From Alistipes sp. (GTDB taxonomy: Bacteria > Bacteroidota > Bacteroidia > Bacteroidales > Rikenellaceae): a stretch of DNA of 64,000 nt. The DNA lies in NCBI GenBank assembly GCA_031285345.1, contig JAITWI010000008.1:36111-100110 (forward strand), written 5' to 3'. The position numbers were made by a program, and so were the translations under genes. This document shows positions 17,663-26,863 of this stretch, one piece after another. Positions within the stretch are counted from its first letter, which is position 1. Each line of letters opens with the position of its first letter. Under the pieces are notes generated by a model. It was not told the DNA's origin, made no database searches, and saw nothing but the letters and a program-made list of their open reading frames with translations.

Positions 17663-19021
17663 ATGAAAAAACTACTACAACTGGCCTCCCTTTGCGCACT
17701 TGCGTTGGGGTTAGCGGTATCGTGCGGCGATCCCGACAAGGAACCCACACCCCCGACGCCCGAAGCGCCCGCCGCTCCCACCGGCCTCACGGTCGGCACT
17801 CTCACCACTACCACCGCCGCCCTGTCGTGGTCGGCTGTCGAGGGAGCCGACGGCTACAACGTGACGATAGGCGACGGCGAGGCGACCTCCGTCACCTCCC
17901 CCGCCTACGCCGCCGAAGGTCTCACCCCCGAAACCGTCTACACATGGAAAGTGCAGGCCGTCAAGGGCGACCTGGCCAGCGACTGGACCGACGGCACAGC
18001 CTTCACCACCCTCAAAGAGAACGAGGAGCCCGAACCCGAGCCCTTAAAATTGTTCGTGGACAACAACTACGAACACAACAGGGGCATATATAGCGACGGT
18101 GCCGACAACCTCAACATCGGTTTTCTGGACATAGACCCTTGGGGCACCGAAACCAGCGGAACCTTAATAAGATTGGATATGGCGACAGCGCCGATCAATG
18201 TCGACAAGACCACCGAATTCCTTCAAATTCCCAATGGCACCTACGAGTTGAACACGAGCACCGAGGCGGGGTCGATTTTTCATAACGACACCTATTCGTT
18301 CGTACAAATCATAGAAGACGCCTTCCCGACAGCGATGTTCGGTCTCACGGGCGGCACTATGACCGTCGAGGGCAGCCATCCCGACGACTACACCATTACC
18401 GTCGACTTCACCTACACGAATGGAGAAGAGGATATGAGGTTTTACGGCATATACGAAGGCCCTATCCTCATGAAAAACCCCGACTACGTGATCCCGGCGA
18501 TTGATTTCGGCACGCTGGTCAAATCCAACGGCGTCAACTTCTACTCCAACCCCTACGACGATTACAGCGTCGACCGCTGGGCCATCTACGCGTCCGATCC
18601 GGGCGTTGAAAAACAGGGTGGCAACTACCTGGGCGAAGGATACGTTATCGAACTCTCCCACATCTTCACCGCCATAGGCAGCAACAAACAGATTCCCGAC
18701 GGCGAGTACACGATCGACTACTCGGGTGATGCCGGCACGGTCGAGGGCGCCAAGTCCGACAATGCGAGCCACAGCGGAGCCTGGATCGTGAAGATGGAGA
18801 ACACATACAGTCAGGCGCCCGTCGCCCTCGTGCAGGGTAAGATGACGTTCGCCTACGTCGATGGCGAGTACACCATCGAGGTCGACGCCGTATCCGACAA
18901 GGGCACTGTGGTGACCGGCACCGTCAAGATAGCCCACGAGGCCGACCTTGGCGACGGCACCGTCGGCGGCACCCCCGGCGACATCGACTACGATCCCGAC
19001 AACGACCACATCAACCTCTAA
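17663..19021 (+). CDS. surface lipoprotein: fibronectin type III domain plus an uncharacterised C-terminal module of about 300 aa
   Basis: The lipobox is LGLAVSCG. The FN3-like segment reads PTGLTVGTLTTTTAALSWSAVEGADGYNV...YTWKVQAVKG. The C-terminal part is paralogous to the C-terminus of the next gene. Confidence 0.8.
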   Translation: MKKLLQLASLCALALGLAVSCGDPDKEPTPPTPEAPAAPTGLTVGTLTTTTAALSWSAVEGADGYNVTIGDGEATSVTSPAYAAEGLTPETVYTWKVQAVKGDLASDWTDGTAFTTLKENEEPEPEPLKLFVDNNYEHNRGIYSDGADNLNIGFLDIDPWGTETSGTLIRLDMATAPINVDKTTEFLQIPNGTYELNTSTEAGSIFHNDTYSFVQIIEDAFPTAMFGLTGGTMTVEGSHPDDYTITVDFTYTNGEEDMRFYGIYEGPILMKNPDYVIPAIDFGTLVKSNGVNFYSNPYDDYSVDRWAIYASDPGVEKQGGNYLGEGYVIELSHIFTAIGSNKQIPDGEYTIDYSGDAGTVEGAKSDNASHSGAWIVKMENTYSQAPVALVQGKMTFAYVDGEYTIEVDAVSDKGTVVTGTVKIAHEADLGDGTVGGTPGDIDYDPDNDHINL

Positions 19022-19034
19022 CGAATTCTTGAAG

Positions 19035-20918
19035 ATGAAAAAACAGATATTCACAGCCGGCCTCGCGCTTGCCGCGTTAGGCTTCGCGGGGTGCCAAAAC
19101 GAACCCGCCAAAGCACCCGACACCGAGCCCCGCGCCATTCCCGTGACCATCTCGGCCTCGGTAACCGACGGTGGCGAAACACGCACCATAATCGAGGGCG
19201 ATCGCCAGACGGGCTTCACATCGGCCTGGACCCTGGGCGACAAGATCGGCTTCTACGCCTTCAATCAGGCCGTGCAGTACGACTACCGCACCGTCAACGC
19301 CGAGTTCTCCATCACCTCCATCGAGGACGGCATCGGCACCTTCGACGGCGAGATAATCCACGATGGAGCCGCTCGCACGTTCGACCTCTACGCCTACACC
19401 CCGCGCAAGGCCGACATAAACGTCATGGCCAACCACACCTCGGTCGAGTTTCTGTCGATCGAAACCACCCAGACCATGCGCGAAAACGATATGCACGACG
19501 ACAGCAGCGACCTGATGGTGGCCCTTCCGGGTCAGCAGATTTCGGTGCTCTCCAGCGGCGAGATAATCTCCGACGATTTGGAAGACCTCCAATTCCGCTA
19601 CGTGGTGGGCTTCATGAATCTGACCGTCGGCGACATCACCGCAGATGGAGTTTCGGCAGACGAAGAGGTGGTGAGCGTCAAGATCACCGGCCGCGACGCC
19701 GAGACCGCCCCCGCCCTTGCCGCCAACTTCAACCTCGACCTCACCAACGGCGACATGAAATCCATGTTCGGCAAGTCCGACAATGTGACCGTGTGGCTGC
19801 CCGAAGGCGTCACGTTGGGTGAGCTGAGCGCCTGGGCCTGCGTGATTCCGTTCGAGGCCGACGAGTTGGATTTCGTGGTCACCACCGCCGCCAACGTCAT
19901 CCGCCGCACAGCCACCACGGAACAGTTCGGCGGCAAGTTCTCCATCGCCGCGGGCAACGTCAAAACGTTCGAGCTCAACGTCGACGAAAACTGCACCGTC
20001 GAGGCCAACAAACCGGTCGAGTTCAACTCCGCGAACTACGGCGTCATCCAAAACGGCCTCTACGGCCAGGGGCTGCAAAACGTGTCGCTCACCTTCCGCG
20101 ACTACGATCCGCAGGCCGCCGTGCGCGAGGGCTTCCAGCTGACGATGGAGCTCATAGCCGCGATGGACACCGATCCGTCGAACGAATACCTCGATCTTCC
20201 CGAAGGCACCTACCACTTCAACGAATCCCGCGCCGGTATGTCCATCTCCATCGACCCGCAGTACACCAACGTGATGCCGTTCGTGGCCGACCGTCCCATG
20301 GGGTCGCAGGCCATTTCTGGCGGCACGATGGTGGTGGAAGGCGACCATACGGACTACACGATCACCTTCGACATCGACTACACGGGCGGTAAACTCAAAG
20401 CCGAGTACAACGGTGCGATCTACATCGAAAACCCGGGGTACATTCCTCCCGCGCAGTCGATAGATCTGGGCGAGTTGACAGGAGTGTTGAGCCTGACTCA
20501 CAAACCCAACATCTGGGGGGCGCCCTACAATGTTGACGGCTGGGAATTGGCGTTCGGTAATGCCGGCACCTTCTTGGAGTACGGCAACTACAAGGGCTCG
20601 GGTTGGGTGCTCCAGCTCTTCCTCCATGCTCCGATGGTGGCCGAGGGACAGCCCCTGCCCGACGGCGAGTACCAGATTAAGCAGTCGTACGATCCTTTCA
20701 CAGGCCTGCCCGGCGCGTGGGGCCGCACCGACAACGCCTGGATCATTCACTACAAATTCAGCTCCATCGACAACGAACTCCCCATCACCGAGGGCTTCAT
20801 CACCTCGAAGTTCGAGGACGGACTCTACAACATGACCGTCAACCTGAAAACCATAAACGGCGACATCGTCACCGGTACCGTCAAGGCCGACCCGACCGTC
20901 ACACCGATGCCGCTGTAA
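19035..20918 (+). CDS. fimbrillin-family-like lipoprotein with the same C-terminal module as the preceding gene
   Basis: The lipobox is LGFAGCQ. The N-terminal pattern ETRTIIEG...WTLGDKIGFYAF resembles Mfa-like fimbrillin family proteins. The C-terminal segments GGTMVVEGDHTDYTITFDIDY and PLPDGEYQIK align with gene 17663-19021. Confidence 0.75.
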   Translation: MKKQIFTAGLALAALGFAGCQNEPAKAPDTEPRAIPVTISASVTDGGETRTIIEGDRQTGFTSAWTLGDKIGFYAFNQAVQYDYRTVNAEFSITSIEDGIGTFDGEIIHDGAARTFDLYAYTPRKADINVMANHTSVEFLSIETTQTMRENDMHDDSSDLMVALPGQQISVLSSGEIISDDLEDLQFRYVVGFMNLTVGDITADGVSADEEVVSVKITGRDAETAPALAANFNLDLTNGDMKSMFGKSDNVTVWLPEGVTLGELSAWACVIPFEADELDFVVTTAANVIRRTATTEQFGGKFSIAAGNVKTFELNVDENCTVEANKPVEFNSANYGVIQNGLYGQGLQNVSLTFRDYDPQAAVREGFQLTMELIAAMDTDPSNEYLDLPEGTYHFNESRAGMSISIDPQYTNVMPFVADRPMGSQAISGGTMVVEGDHTDYTITFDIDYTGGKLKAEYNGAIYIENPGYIPPAQSIDLGELTGVLSLTHKPNIWGAPYNVDGWELAFGNAGTFLEYGNYKGSGWVLQLFLHAPMVAEGQPLPDGEYQIKQSYDPFTGLPGAWGRTDNAWIIHYKFSSIDNELPITEGFITSKFEDGLYNMTVNLKTINGDIVTGTVKADPTVTPMPL

Positions 20919-20942
20919 AGAATTAGGCATCTTTCCTAACGC

Positions 20943-20985
20943 AAGTGGGCGCGATCGTAAAGATCGCGCCCACTTCTATTTCATT
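20943..20985 (+). terminator. Rho-independent terminator-like hairpin between convergent genes
   Basis: A perfect 14-bp stem pairs aagtgggcgcgatc with gatcgcgcccactt around the loop gtaaa. A T-rich stretch cttctatttcatt follows. Confidence 0.6.
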
Positions 20986-21014
20986 CCACTTAGCCCGTTT
21001 TCAATTTCACGTTT

Positions 21015-22625
21015 TCAACTTTCAATCTCGTCGAGACATCCGACTATAATTTGGCAGCACTCGCGAATCTCGGCCTCGGTGATTGTGAGCGGCGGCGAGA
21101 TGCGAAATGCCGTGTCGCAAAACAGAAACCAGTCGCTCACCACGCCGCGGGCGACGAAAAGCTCCATCAGACGATACATTTTCGCGCTGTTGCCCAACTC
21201 GACCGCTATCAGCAGACCTGCTCTGCGTATTTCGACCACCGCCGGATGCACACCTATAACCTCCTCGAACATAGCGCCTTTCGACTCCACCTTCGACAGC
21301 ACGCTGCCACCCAGCCCCGTCCCTTTAGCCTCGACCTCCGACAGCACGCTGCCGTTCGCTCCGATGGCCCGAGAACCGTCCCGCACCAAAAACTCCAACG
21401 CCGCCAACCCCGCCGCGCAGCACACCGGATGGCCGCCGAAAGTGGTGATGTGCCCCAACGCCGGGTCGTGCGACAGCAGCGACATCAATTCGTTAGAAGC
21501 GATGAACGCCCCCAGAGGCATCCCGCCCCCGAACGCCTTCGCAAGACACAAAATATCGGGCACAACCGTTCCGCCACCGTCGGCCGCACCGGCCTCAGAA
21601 CTTTCTCCGTCGACCTTTGAGTCGCCGGTCGCACCGGCCCCCGAACAGCCCGAACCGGCCCCCGAACCGCCAGAATAGCTCGCACCCGGAAGCCCCAAAC
21701 GCCCCGCCTGCTCGAAAGCGAACAGCGTTCCGGTGCGCCCCATTCCGGTTTGAATCTCGTCGAAAATCAGCAGCGCGCCCGTCTCGTCGCACCGGCGGCG
21801 CAGAGCGGCCAAAAATCCGGGCGCAGGAAGACGCACCCCCGCCTCGCCCTGCACCGGTTCGACGACAACGCACGCCGTGGCCTCGGTGATGCGCGACAGC
21901 GACGAGAAGTCGTTGAATGTCAGCCAATCCACATCTGATAATAGCGGCTCGAACGGCGTCCTCCACTCATCGCCCTCGGGCGACGACATGAGCGACAGCG
22001 CGCCGTGGGTCGAGCCGTGGTATGCCCGCCGAAACGCCAAAATCTCGCGCCTCGCGGTCGAGTCCATGCCTTTCGAAACCCGTTCCCGCGCCGCCCGTTT
22101 GGCAAGTTTGAGCGCCCCCTCAATGGCTTCGGCGCCGGAATTCACAAAGTAAACCGACTGCAACGATGCACCCCTCGAACCGGCCGCCGCCGAGCTCACT
22201 GCTGCGCCCGAACATTCAGCCGCCGCCCCCTCGCAAGAAGCCCGCAAAACCTCGGCCAACCGCGCGGCGTAACGCACCTGCGGCGCCAATACCATCTCGC
22301 CGTAAACCATTGTGTGCATGAAGCTTGCGGCTTGCGCCCGCACTGCTTCAACTACCTCCGGATTGCCATGCCCGACGTTGGACACCGACACCCCGGACAC
22401 CAAATCGAAATATCTTCTGCCGCCCCCCGGCACATCCCCGGTCGATGCGTCTTCACTCGGCGTACACCCACTCGGCGCGCCACCTCCCGGCATGTCCTCC
22501 CTCGATGCGTCGGAACCCTCCGGAGCGTAAAAAAACACCCCCTCGGCTCGTTCGATCTCGATGGCCAGGGGCGAGGGCGACGTCTGCGCCACATGCTCCA
22601 AAAACTGTTGCCTCAATATTTTCAT
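21015..22625 (-). CDS. class-III (acetylornithine/ornithine-type) pyridoxal-phosphate aminotransferase with four low-complexity insertions
   Basis: Motifs SGVSVSNVGHGNPEV, NSGAEAIEGALKLA, LIFDEIQTGMGRTG and DILCLAKAFGGGMPLGAF (PLP lysine) are present. The ATG at 22625 was chosen over the upstream start. Confidence 0.88.
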   Translation of the reverse strand: MKILRQQFLEHVAQTSPSPLAIEIERAEGVFFYAPEGSDASREDMPGGGAPSGCTPSEDASTGDVPGGGRRYFDLVSGVSVSNVGHGNPEVVEAVRAQAASFMHTMVYGEMVLAPQVRYAARLAEVLRASCEGAAAECSGAAVSSAAAGSRGASLQSVYFVNSGAEAIEGALKLAKRAARERVSKGMDSTARREILAFRRAYHGSTHGALSLMSSPEGDEWRTPFEPLLSDVDWLTFNDFSSLSRITEATACVVVEPVQGEAGVRLPAPGFLAALRRRCDETGALLIFDEIQTGMGRTGTLFAFEQAGRLGLPGASYSGGSGAGSGCSGAGATGDSKVDGESSEAGAADGGGTVVPDILCLAKAFGGGMPLGAFIASNELMSLLSHDPALGHITTFGGHPVCCAAGLAALEFLVRDGSRAIGANGSVLSEVEAKGTGLGGSVLSKVESKGAMFEEVIGVHPAVVEIRRAGLLIAVELGNSAKMYRLMELFVARGVVSDWFLFCDTAFRISPPLTITEAEIRECCQIIVGCLDEIES

Positions 22626-22718
22626 AGAATATTCCTCAGAAATAGCCTGAAAAACAGACCAAAAACTTTTACAACAAAATTCCGGCAATTTCTTAATTAA
22701 GTTGCCGGAAATGTCCAA

Positions 22719-23813
22719 CTATTTCCTGTATTTACCGTCCTCTTCGAGCATTTTCAGGTAGCTCATGTAGCGTTCGTCGGCTATGGCACCCTCTTCGACG
22801 GCTCGCACCACGGCGCATCCGGGCTCGTGTGTGTGTGTGCAGTTATAGTATTGGCAGTCAGATGAAAATCGCATCAGATCGGGGAAATATCGACACAATT
22901 CGTCGGCTGAAATGTCGATTAGCCCAAACCCCTTGATGCCCGGCGTGTCGATAATGTAGCCTCCGCCTCCGGAACTCGTCGACCCACTGCCCGAATCGGA
23001 ACCCGCGCCGTCCGAGGCGATATCGGTATTAGGAAGGCCGTCCAACAGATACATCTGCGAAAATGTGGTGGTGTGCATCCCCTTTCCGTGGGAGCGTGAC
23101 ACCTCGCCGACGCGGATTTCGAGCCCGGGCGACACCGCACCCACGAGGGTCGATTTGCCGACGCCCGAATTGCCCGAGACCAGCGTCGTGCGCCCCCGCA
23201 AAAACTCGCGAACCTCCTCCACGCCGAGACCCGTGCGAGCCGACGCGAAAATCACCCGATAGCCCGCCCCGCGATATATCGCCGCGAATCGTTCCATCGC
23301 CTCCTCGCCGCCATCCGTCGCGAGCACCAAATCTACTTTATTGAGCAAAATCGTAGCCGGAACGCCATATGCCTCGCACGTCACCAGAAATCGGTCGATG
23401 AATTCGGTCGGTGTCGCGGGCGACGCCAGCGTGGCCACCACCAGCGCCTGATCGACGTTGGCGGCAATGATGTGACTCTCGCGCGACAGGTTCGACGCCC
23501 GTCGGATTATGTAGTTGCGCCGCGGCCCTATCGCCTCGATCCACACCTCTTTCGCGCTCTGATCCGAGCTCGCGCCCGAACCTGCGCCCGAACCTGCGCC
23601 GCCGCCCGCGCCCGCGCCCGAACTGCCGCCAATGGCCTCGATCGAGCACTCCACCGCGTCGCCCACCACCACGGGATTGGTTGCCCTCGACCCGGCGAGC
23701 CGCAACCGTCCCCTGAGCCGCGCGCTGAAAATCTCTCCCTCCGCCGTTCGCACCTCATACCAACTCCCGGTCGAACGCGTCACTACCGCCGTAAATCGTC
23801 CCTCGACAACCAT
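22719..23813 (-). CDS. rsgA: ribosome small-subunit-dependent GTPase A
   Basis: Motifs LLNKVDL, P-loop GNSGVGKSTL, and the C-terminal zinc knuckle CQYYNCTHTHEPGCAV are present. There are two Gly/Ser/Ala insertions. Confidence 0.92.
   Translation of the reverse strand: MVVEGRFTAVVTRSTGSWYEVRTAEGEIFSARLRGRLRLAGSRATNPVVVGDAVECSIEAIGGSSGAGAGGGAGSGAGSGASSDQSAKEVWIEAIGPRRNYIIRRASNLSRESHIIAANVDQALVVATLASPATPTEFIDRFLVTCEAYGVPATILLNKVDLVLATDGGEEAMERFAAIYRGAGYRVIFASARTGLGVEEVREFLRGRTTLVSGNSGVGKSTLVGAVSPGLEIRVGEVSRSHGKGMHTTTFSQMYLLDGLPNTDIASDGAGSDSGSGSTSSGGGGYIIDTPGIKGFGLIDISADELCRYFPDLMRFSSDCQYYNCTHTHEPGCAVVRAVEEGAIADERYMSYLKMLEEDGKYRK
23572..23630. repeat. 12-bp in-frame tandem repeat array inside rsgA (gcgcccgaacct x2, then degenerate units)
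   Basis: Read directly from the sequence. It encodes the GAGSGAGSGA-type insertion. Confidence 0.75.
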
Positions 23814-23825
23814 AAGCACCCCTCC

Positions 23826-24299
23826 CTAAAAAAGCGACTTAACAGCCGGAAACACCACTCCGTTCACAGCGTCCACCACCCCGTACATGGCCGAACCCTC
23901 CTTCACGCGCTCGCTCAAAACGCGCCCCTCGATATCTACGGCCTCCAACAGCATCACCGCCAGCCCCACCAGGGCGAACATCTTTACCACCGCGAACACC
24001 ACACCCAGCAGGTTGTCGAACACCCCGAGACCCGCCACCCGAAACAGCCCGCGCGTCAGCCGCCCTATCAAAACCACCCCCACGACGACAACGACCAGCA
24101 CCGCCAAAAAGCCCACCACCGTGGCCGCTACGCCGTCCAGTCCGAACCACAAGCCGATGCCGGCGCCATAGCGCCAAGCCAAAAATATACCGAGTCCGAC
24201 GGCCAGCAGTCCCAGCACCTGGGTCACCACGCCGTTCCTCCATCCGTCCCACAGGGCGACCAGGAGCAGCAAACCGATCACTATATCGAGCCAATTCAT
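23826..24299 (-). CDS. cvpA: CvpA family membrane protein
   Basis: 157 aa with four hydrophobic helices and the N-terminus MNWLDIVIGLLLLVALWDGWRNG, typical of the CvpA family. Confidence 0.8.
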   Translation of the reverse strand: MNWLDIVIGLLLLVALWDGWRNGVVTQVLGLLAVGLGIFLAWRYGAGIGLWFGLDGVAATVVGFLAVLVVVVVGVVLIGRLTRGLFRVAGLGVFDNLLGVVFAVVKMFALVGLAVMLLEAVDIEGRVLSERVKEGSAMYGVVDAVNGVVFPAVKSLF

Positions 24300-24356
24300 A
24301 GTTTTAACAAAAATAAGTTTCCGCGAAATTAATGAAAATTATTAATTTTGCCCACT

Positions 24357-26840
24357 ATGAGACAAGCCATTAAAAAATCACGACTCCCATATCTGCTCCT
24401 TGTCGCGCTCGTCGGCTGCGTTTTCGGAGCCTCCGCCGAAGCCTCCGCCCGCGAGGTGCAAAACCTCGATCGGGGATGGACCTTCTTCACTGACGGAGAC
24501 ACCGACGCGGCCCATTCGCGCACCATAGACCTGCCCCACACCTGGAACGGCAACGACAGCGGCACCACCGGCACCACCGGCTCCGGCATTAGGGCGACCA
24601 CGGGCAACTACCTCAAAGATGTCTTCGTTCCGCGCCGGTGGCAGGGTCGCAGAGTATTTCTGCGCATAGGCGGGGCGGCCACGGTGGCGGACGTTTTCGT
24701 AAATTCGCGCCACTCGGGGCGGCACGCGGGAGGTGGCACGGCCTTCGCAGTCGAGATCACCGACCTTGTGCGATTCGGGGCAAGCAACAATCTGCGCGTG
24801 GTGGTCGATTCGTCGCCGCGTCTCGACGTGCCTCCCACCGCCGGCGAAGAGAGAATATACGGCGGCCTCTACCGCGGGGTCGAAATCGTAGTCTGCGAAC
24901 CGCTCGCGATCTCGCCGCTGATGCACGGTGCCGACGGAATAATGGTAACCACCGACCGCCTCAACGCCGAGCGGGTCGAAGGGTCGGTGCACCTCGAACT
25001 TCTCACTCCGGCCGCCATGCCGTCCGGTGCGCGCGCGCGGATCCGCTTCATCGACGCCGAGGGTGTCGTGGCGGCCCAAAACAGCGTCGCCATCCCGCGC
25101 GGCAACAGCGGCAATAGCAGTGGCGGCGGCGGTGGTGCGAATCACGGCGTGACGCTCTCCGTCCCTTTCTCCATCGCAAACCCCCGATTGTGGTGCGGCA
25201 CGGCGGATCCGTATATGTACGCGGTGGAGGTGACGCTTCGGTCGGGCGGGGCGAACGAAGCTAACGGCGCGGCGCTCGACTCGCTTGTCGTGACGACGGG
25301 CTTCCGTACGGTGGGCGTCGACCGCGACGGCAATTTCACCCTCAACGGAGAACCCCTGAAAATTCGCGGGGTAGTCCTTCACCGCGACCGTCCCGTGACG
25401 GGCACCGCCATGGCATCGTTCCAAATCGAGGAGGATGTCGAACTAATACGACGGATGGGCGCCAACGCGGTGCGTGTGGCGGGCGGGCGCCATGGCGATC
25501 TGTTCTACGACCTGTGCGACCGGGCGGGACTGCTGGTCTGGACCGACGGCCCTCTGACCGGTTCGGCGCATCCGGCCGACATTGATTTCGTCGACACCGA
25601 GGCGTTTCGCGCGAGCGGCCGCCTGCAACTCACCGAGACCATACATCAGCTCCACAACCACCCTTCGGCGGCGATGTGGGGCATATTCTCCAACCTTTCG
25701 CTGCGCGGCGACGATCCCGCGCGATACATCGGCGAACTTCATGCCCTTGCCCGCTCGCTCGACCCTTCACGCCCGACGGTTGCAAGCAGCGTGAGGGACG
25801 GCGACACCAACCGCATCACGGATCTGATCTCGTTCGACCTGCCGATGGGGTGGGAGAGTGGTCTGCCCGACGGAGTGACCCCATGGCTCGCCCAACTACG
25901 CAGCGGTTGGCCCGACCTTCGCGCGGCGATATCATACTCGGCCGGTGGATCTGTCTTCCGCCACTCCGAACCGGGGCCGGCGGGGGTCGAAAAACCAGCT
26001 ATTTACGGTGGCTTCCACCCCGAGGAGTGGCAGGCGTTCGTCCACGGAGAGTACCTGCGGCTGGCGGCGGAGGCACCCGGATTGTGGGGCGTTTTCGTCG
26101 GCAACATGTTCGATTTCGGGGCGGCCAACTATCCCTGGGGCGACGGGGGCGATGTGAACGACCACGGTCTGGCGACATTCGACCGCCACTACCTCAAAGA
26201 CGCATACTATCTCTACAAAGCAGCCTGGAACGGTTCCGAACCGTTCGTTCGCATCGCCGCGTCGCGATCGAGGGTGCGCACGTCGCCCGTTCAAACCATC
26301 GAGGTCTTCTCCAATCTGCCCTCCGTCGAACTCTTTCTGGACGGCAGGTCGCTGGGCGTTCGCAATTCCTTGAAAGCCGATAACGTCGACGCGGAGAGGG
26401 CTCAGGCGGTGGGCGGAGGCGAAACCGGATCCGACAGCGGCCGCAAAGAGCGCACGAACGGCATCTCCCAAAGGGGAGGTGAAGGCGCCTCGGAATATGG
26501 TGAACGCGGCGTTTCCAAAGATGGCGCGACGGGTGTTTACAGAGAGGGCGAACGGGGAGTTTTCAGATGGGAGGGGGTCGAATTTCGCCCGGGCGTCAAC
26601 GTCATCGAAGTCCGCGCTCGAATCGCGGACGCCGAGGCGGGTCGGAATACCGTGTTGGCTCGGAATACTTCTGAAGCCCGGAATGCCGAAGCCTCCGGTA
26701 GCGCCGGAAGTGCGAAGGTTGCAGGAAACACCGACAACGCAAGGGATACGGGTGGCGCCGCACCGGGCGTGCGCGCCGGTTTCGTCACCGACAAGGCGGT
26801 CTTGATGCTCGACAACTCCGTGACGACAACGGCTCGATAG
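24357..26840 (+). CDS. glycoside hydrolase family 2 protein (beta-galactosidase-like), secreted
   Basis: It has a signal peptide and GH2 N-terminal motifs NLDRGWTF and LPHTWN. The TIM-barrel region reads NAVRVAGGRHGDLFYDLCDRAGLLVWTD. The C-terminal region is interrupted by low-complexity segments. The ATG at 24357 was preferred over the TTG at 24348. Confidence 0.85.
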   Translation: MRQAIKKSRLPYLLLVALVGCVFGASAEASAREVQNLDRGWTFFTDGDTDAAHSRTIDLPHTWNGNDSGTTGTTGSGIRATTGNYLKDVFVPRRWQGRRVFLRIGGAATVADVFVNSRHSGRHAGGGTAFAVEITDLVRFGASNNLRVVVDSSPRLDVPPTAGEERIYGGLYRGVEIVVCEPLAISPLMHGADGIMVTTDRLNAERVEGSVHLELLTPAAMPSGARARIRFIDAEGVVAAQNSVAIPRGNSGNSSGGGGGANHGVTLSVPFSIANPRLWCGTADPYMYAVEVTLRSGGANEANGAALDSLVVTTGFRTVGVDRDGNFTLNGEPLKIRGVVLHRDRPVTGTAMASFQIEEDVELIRRMGANAVRVAGGRHGDLFYDLCDRAGLLVWTDGPLTGSAHPADIDFVDTEAFRASGRLQLTETIHQLHNHPSAAMWGIFSNLSLRGDDPARYIGELHALARSLDPSRPTVASSVRDGDTNRITDLISFDLPMGWESGLPDGVTPWLAQLRSGWPDLRAAISYSAGGSVFRHSEPGPAGVEKPAIYGGFHPEEWQAFVHGEYLRLAAEAPGLWGVFVGNMFDFGAANYPWGDGGDVNDHGLATFDRHYLKDAYYLYKAAWNGSEPFVRIAASRSRVRTSPVQTIEVFSNLPSVELFLDGRSLGVRNSLKADNVDAERAQAVGGGETGSDSGRKERTNGISQRGGEGASEYGERGVSKDGATGVYREGERGVFRWEGVEFRPGVNVIEVRARIADAEAGRNTVLARNTSEARNAEASGSAGSAKVAGNTDNARDTGGAAPGVRAGFVTDKAVLMLDNSVTTTAR

Positions 26841-26863
26841 ATCGGGGTTGTCCGCGCCCGTCA

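Noticed and set aside
26395-26425. caggcggtgg...ggaggc in the GH2 C-terminal low-complexity region as a possible third, degraded copy of the murC/fabH element.
   Set aside because: Only about 10 contiguous nt match. The flanks do not align and there is no target duplication. This is compatible with chance in GC-rich sequence.
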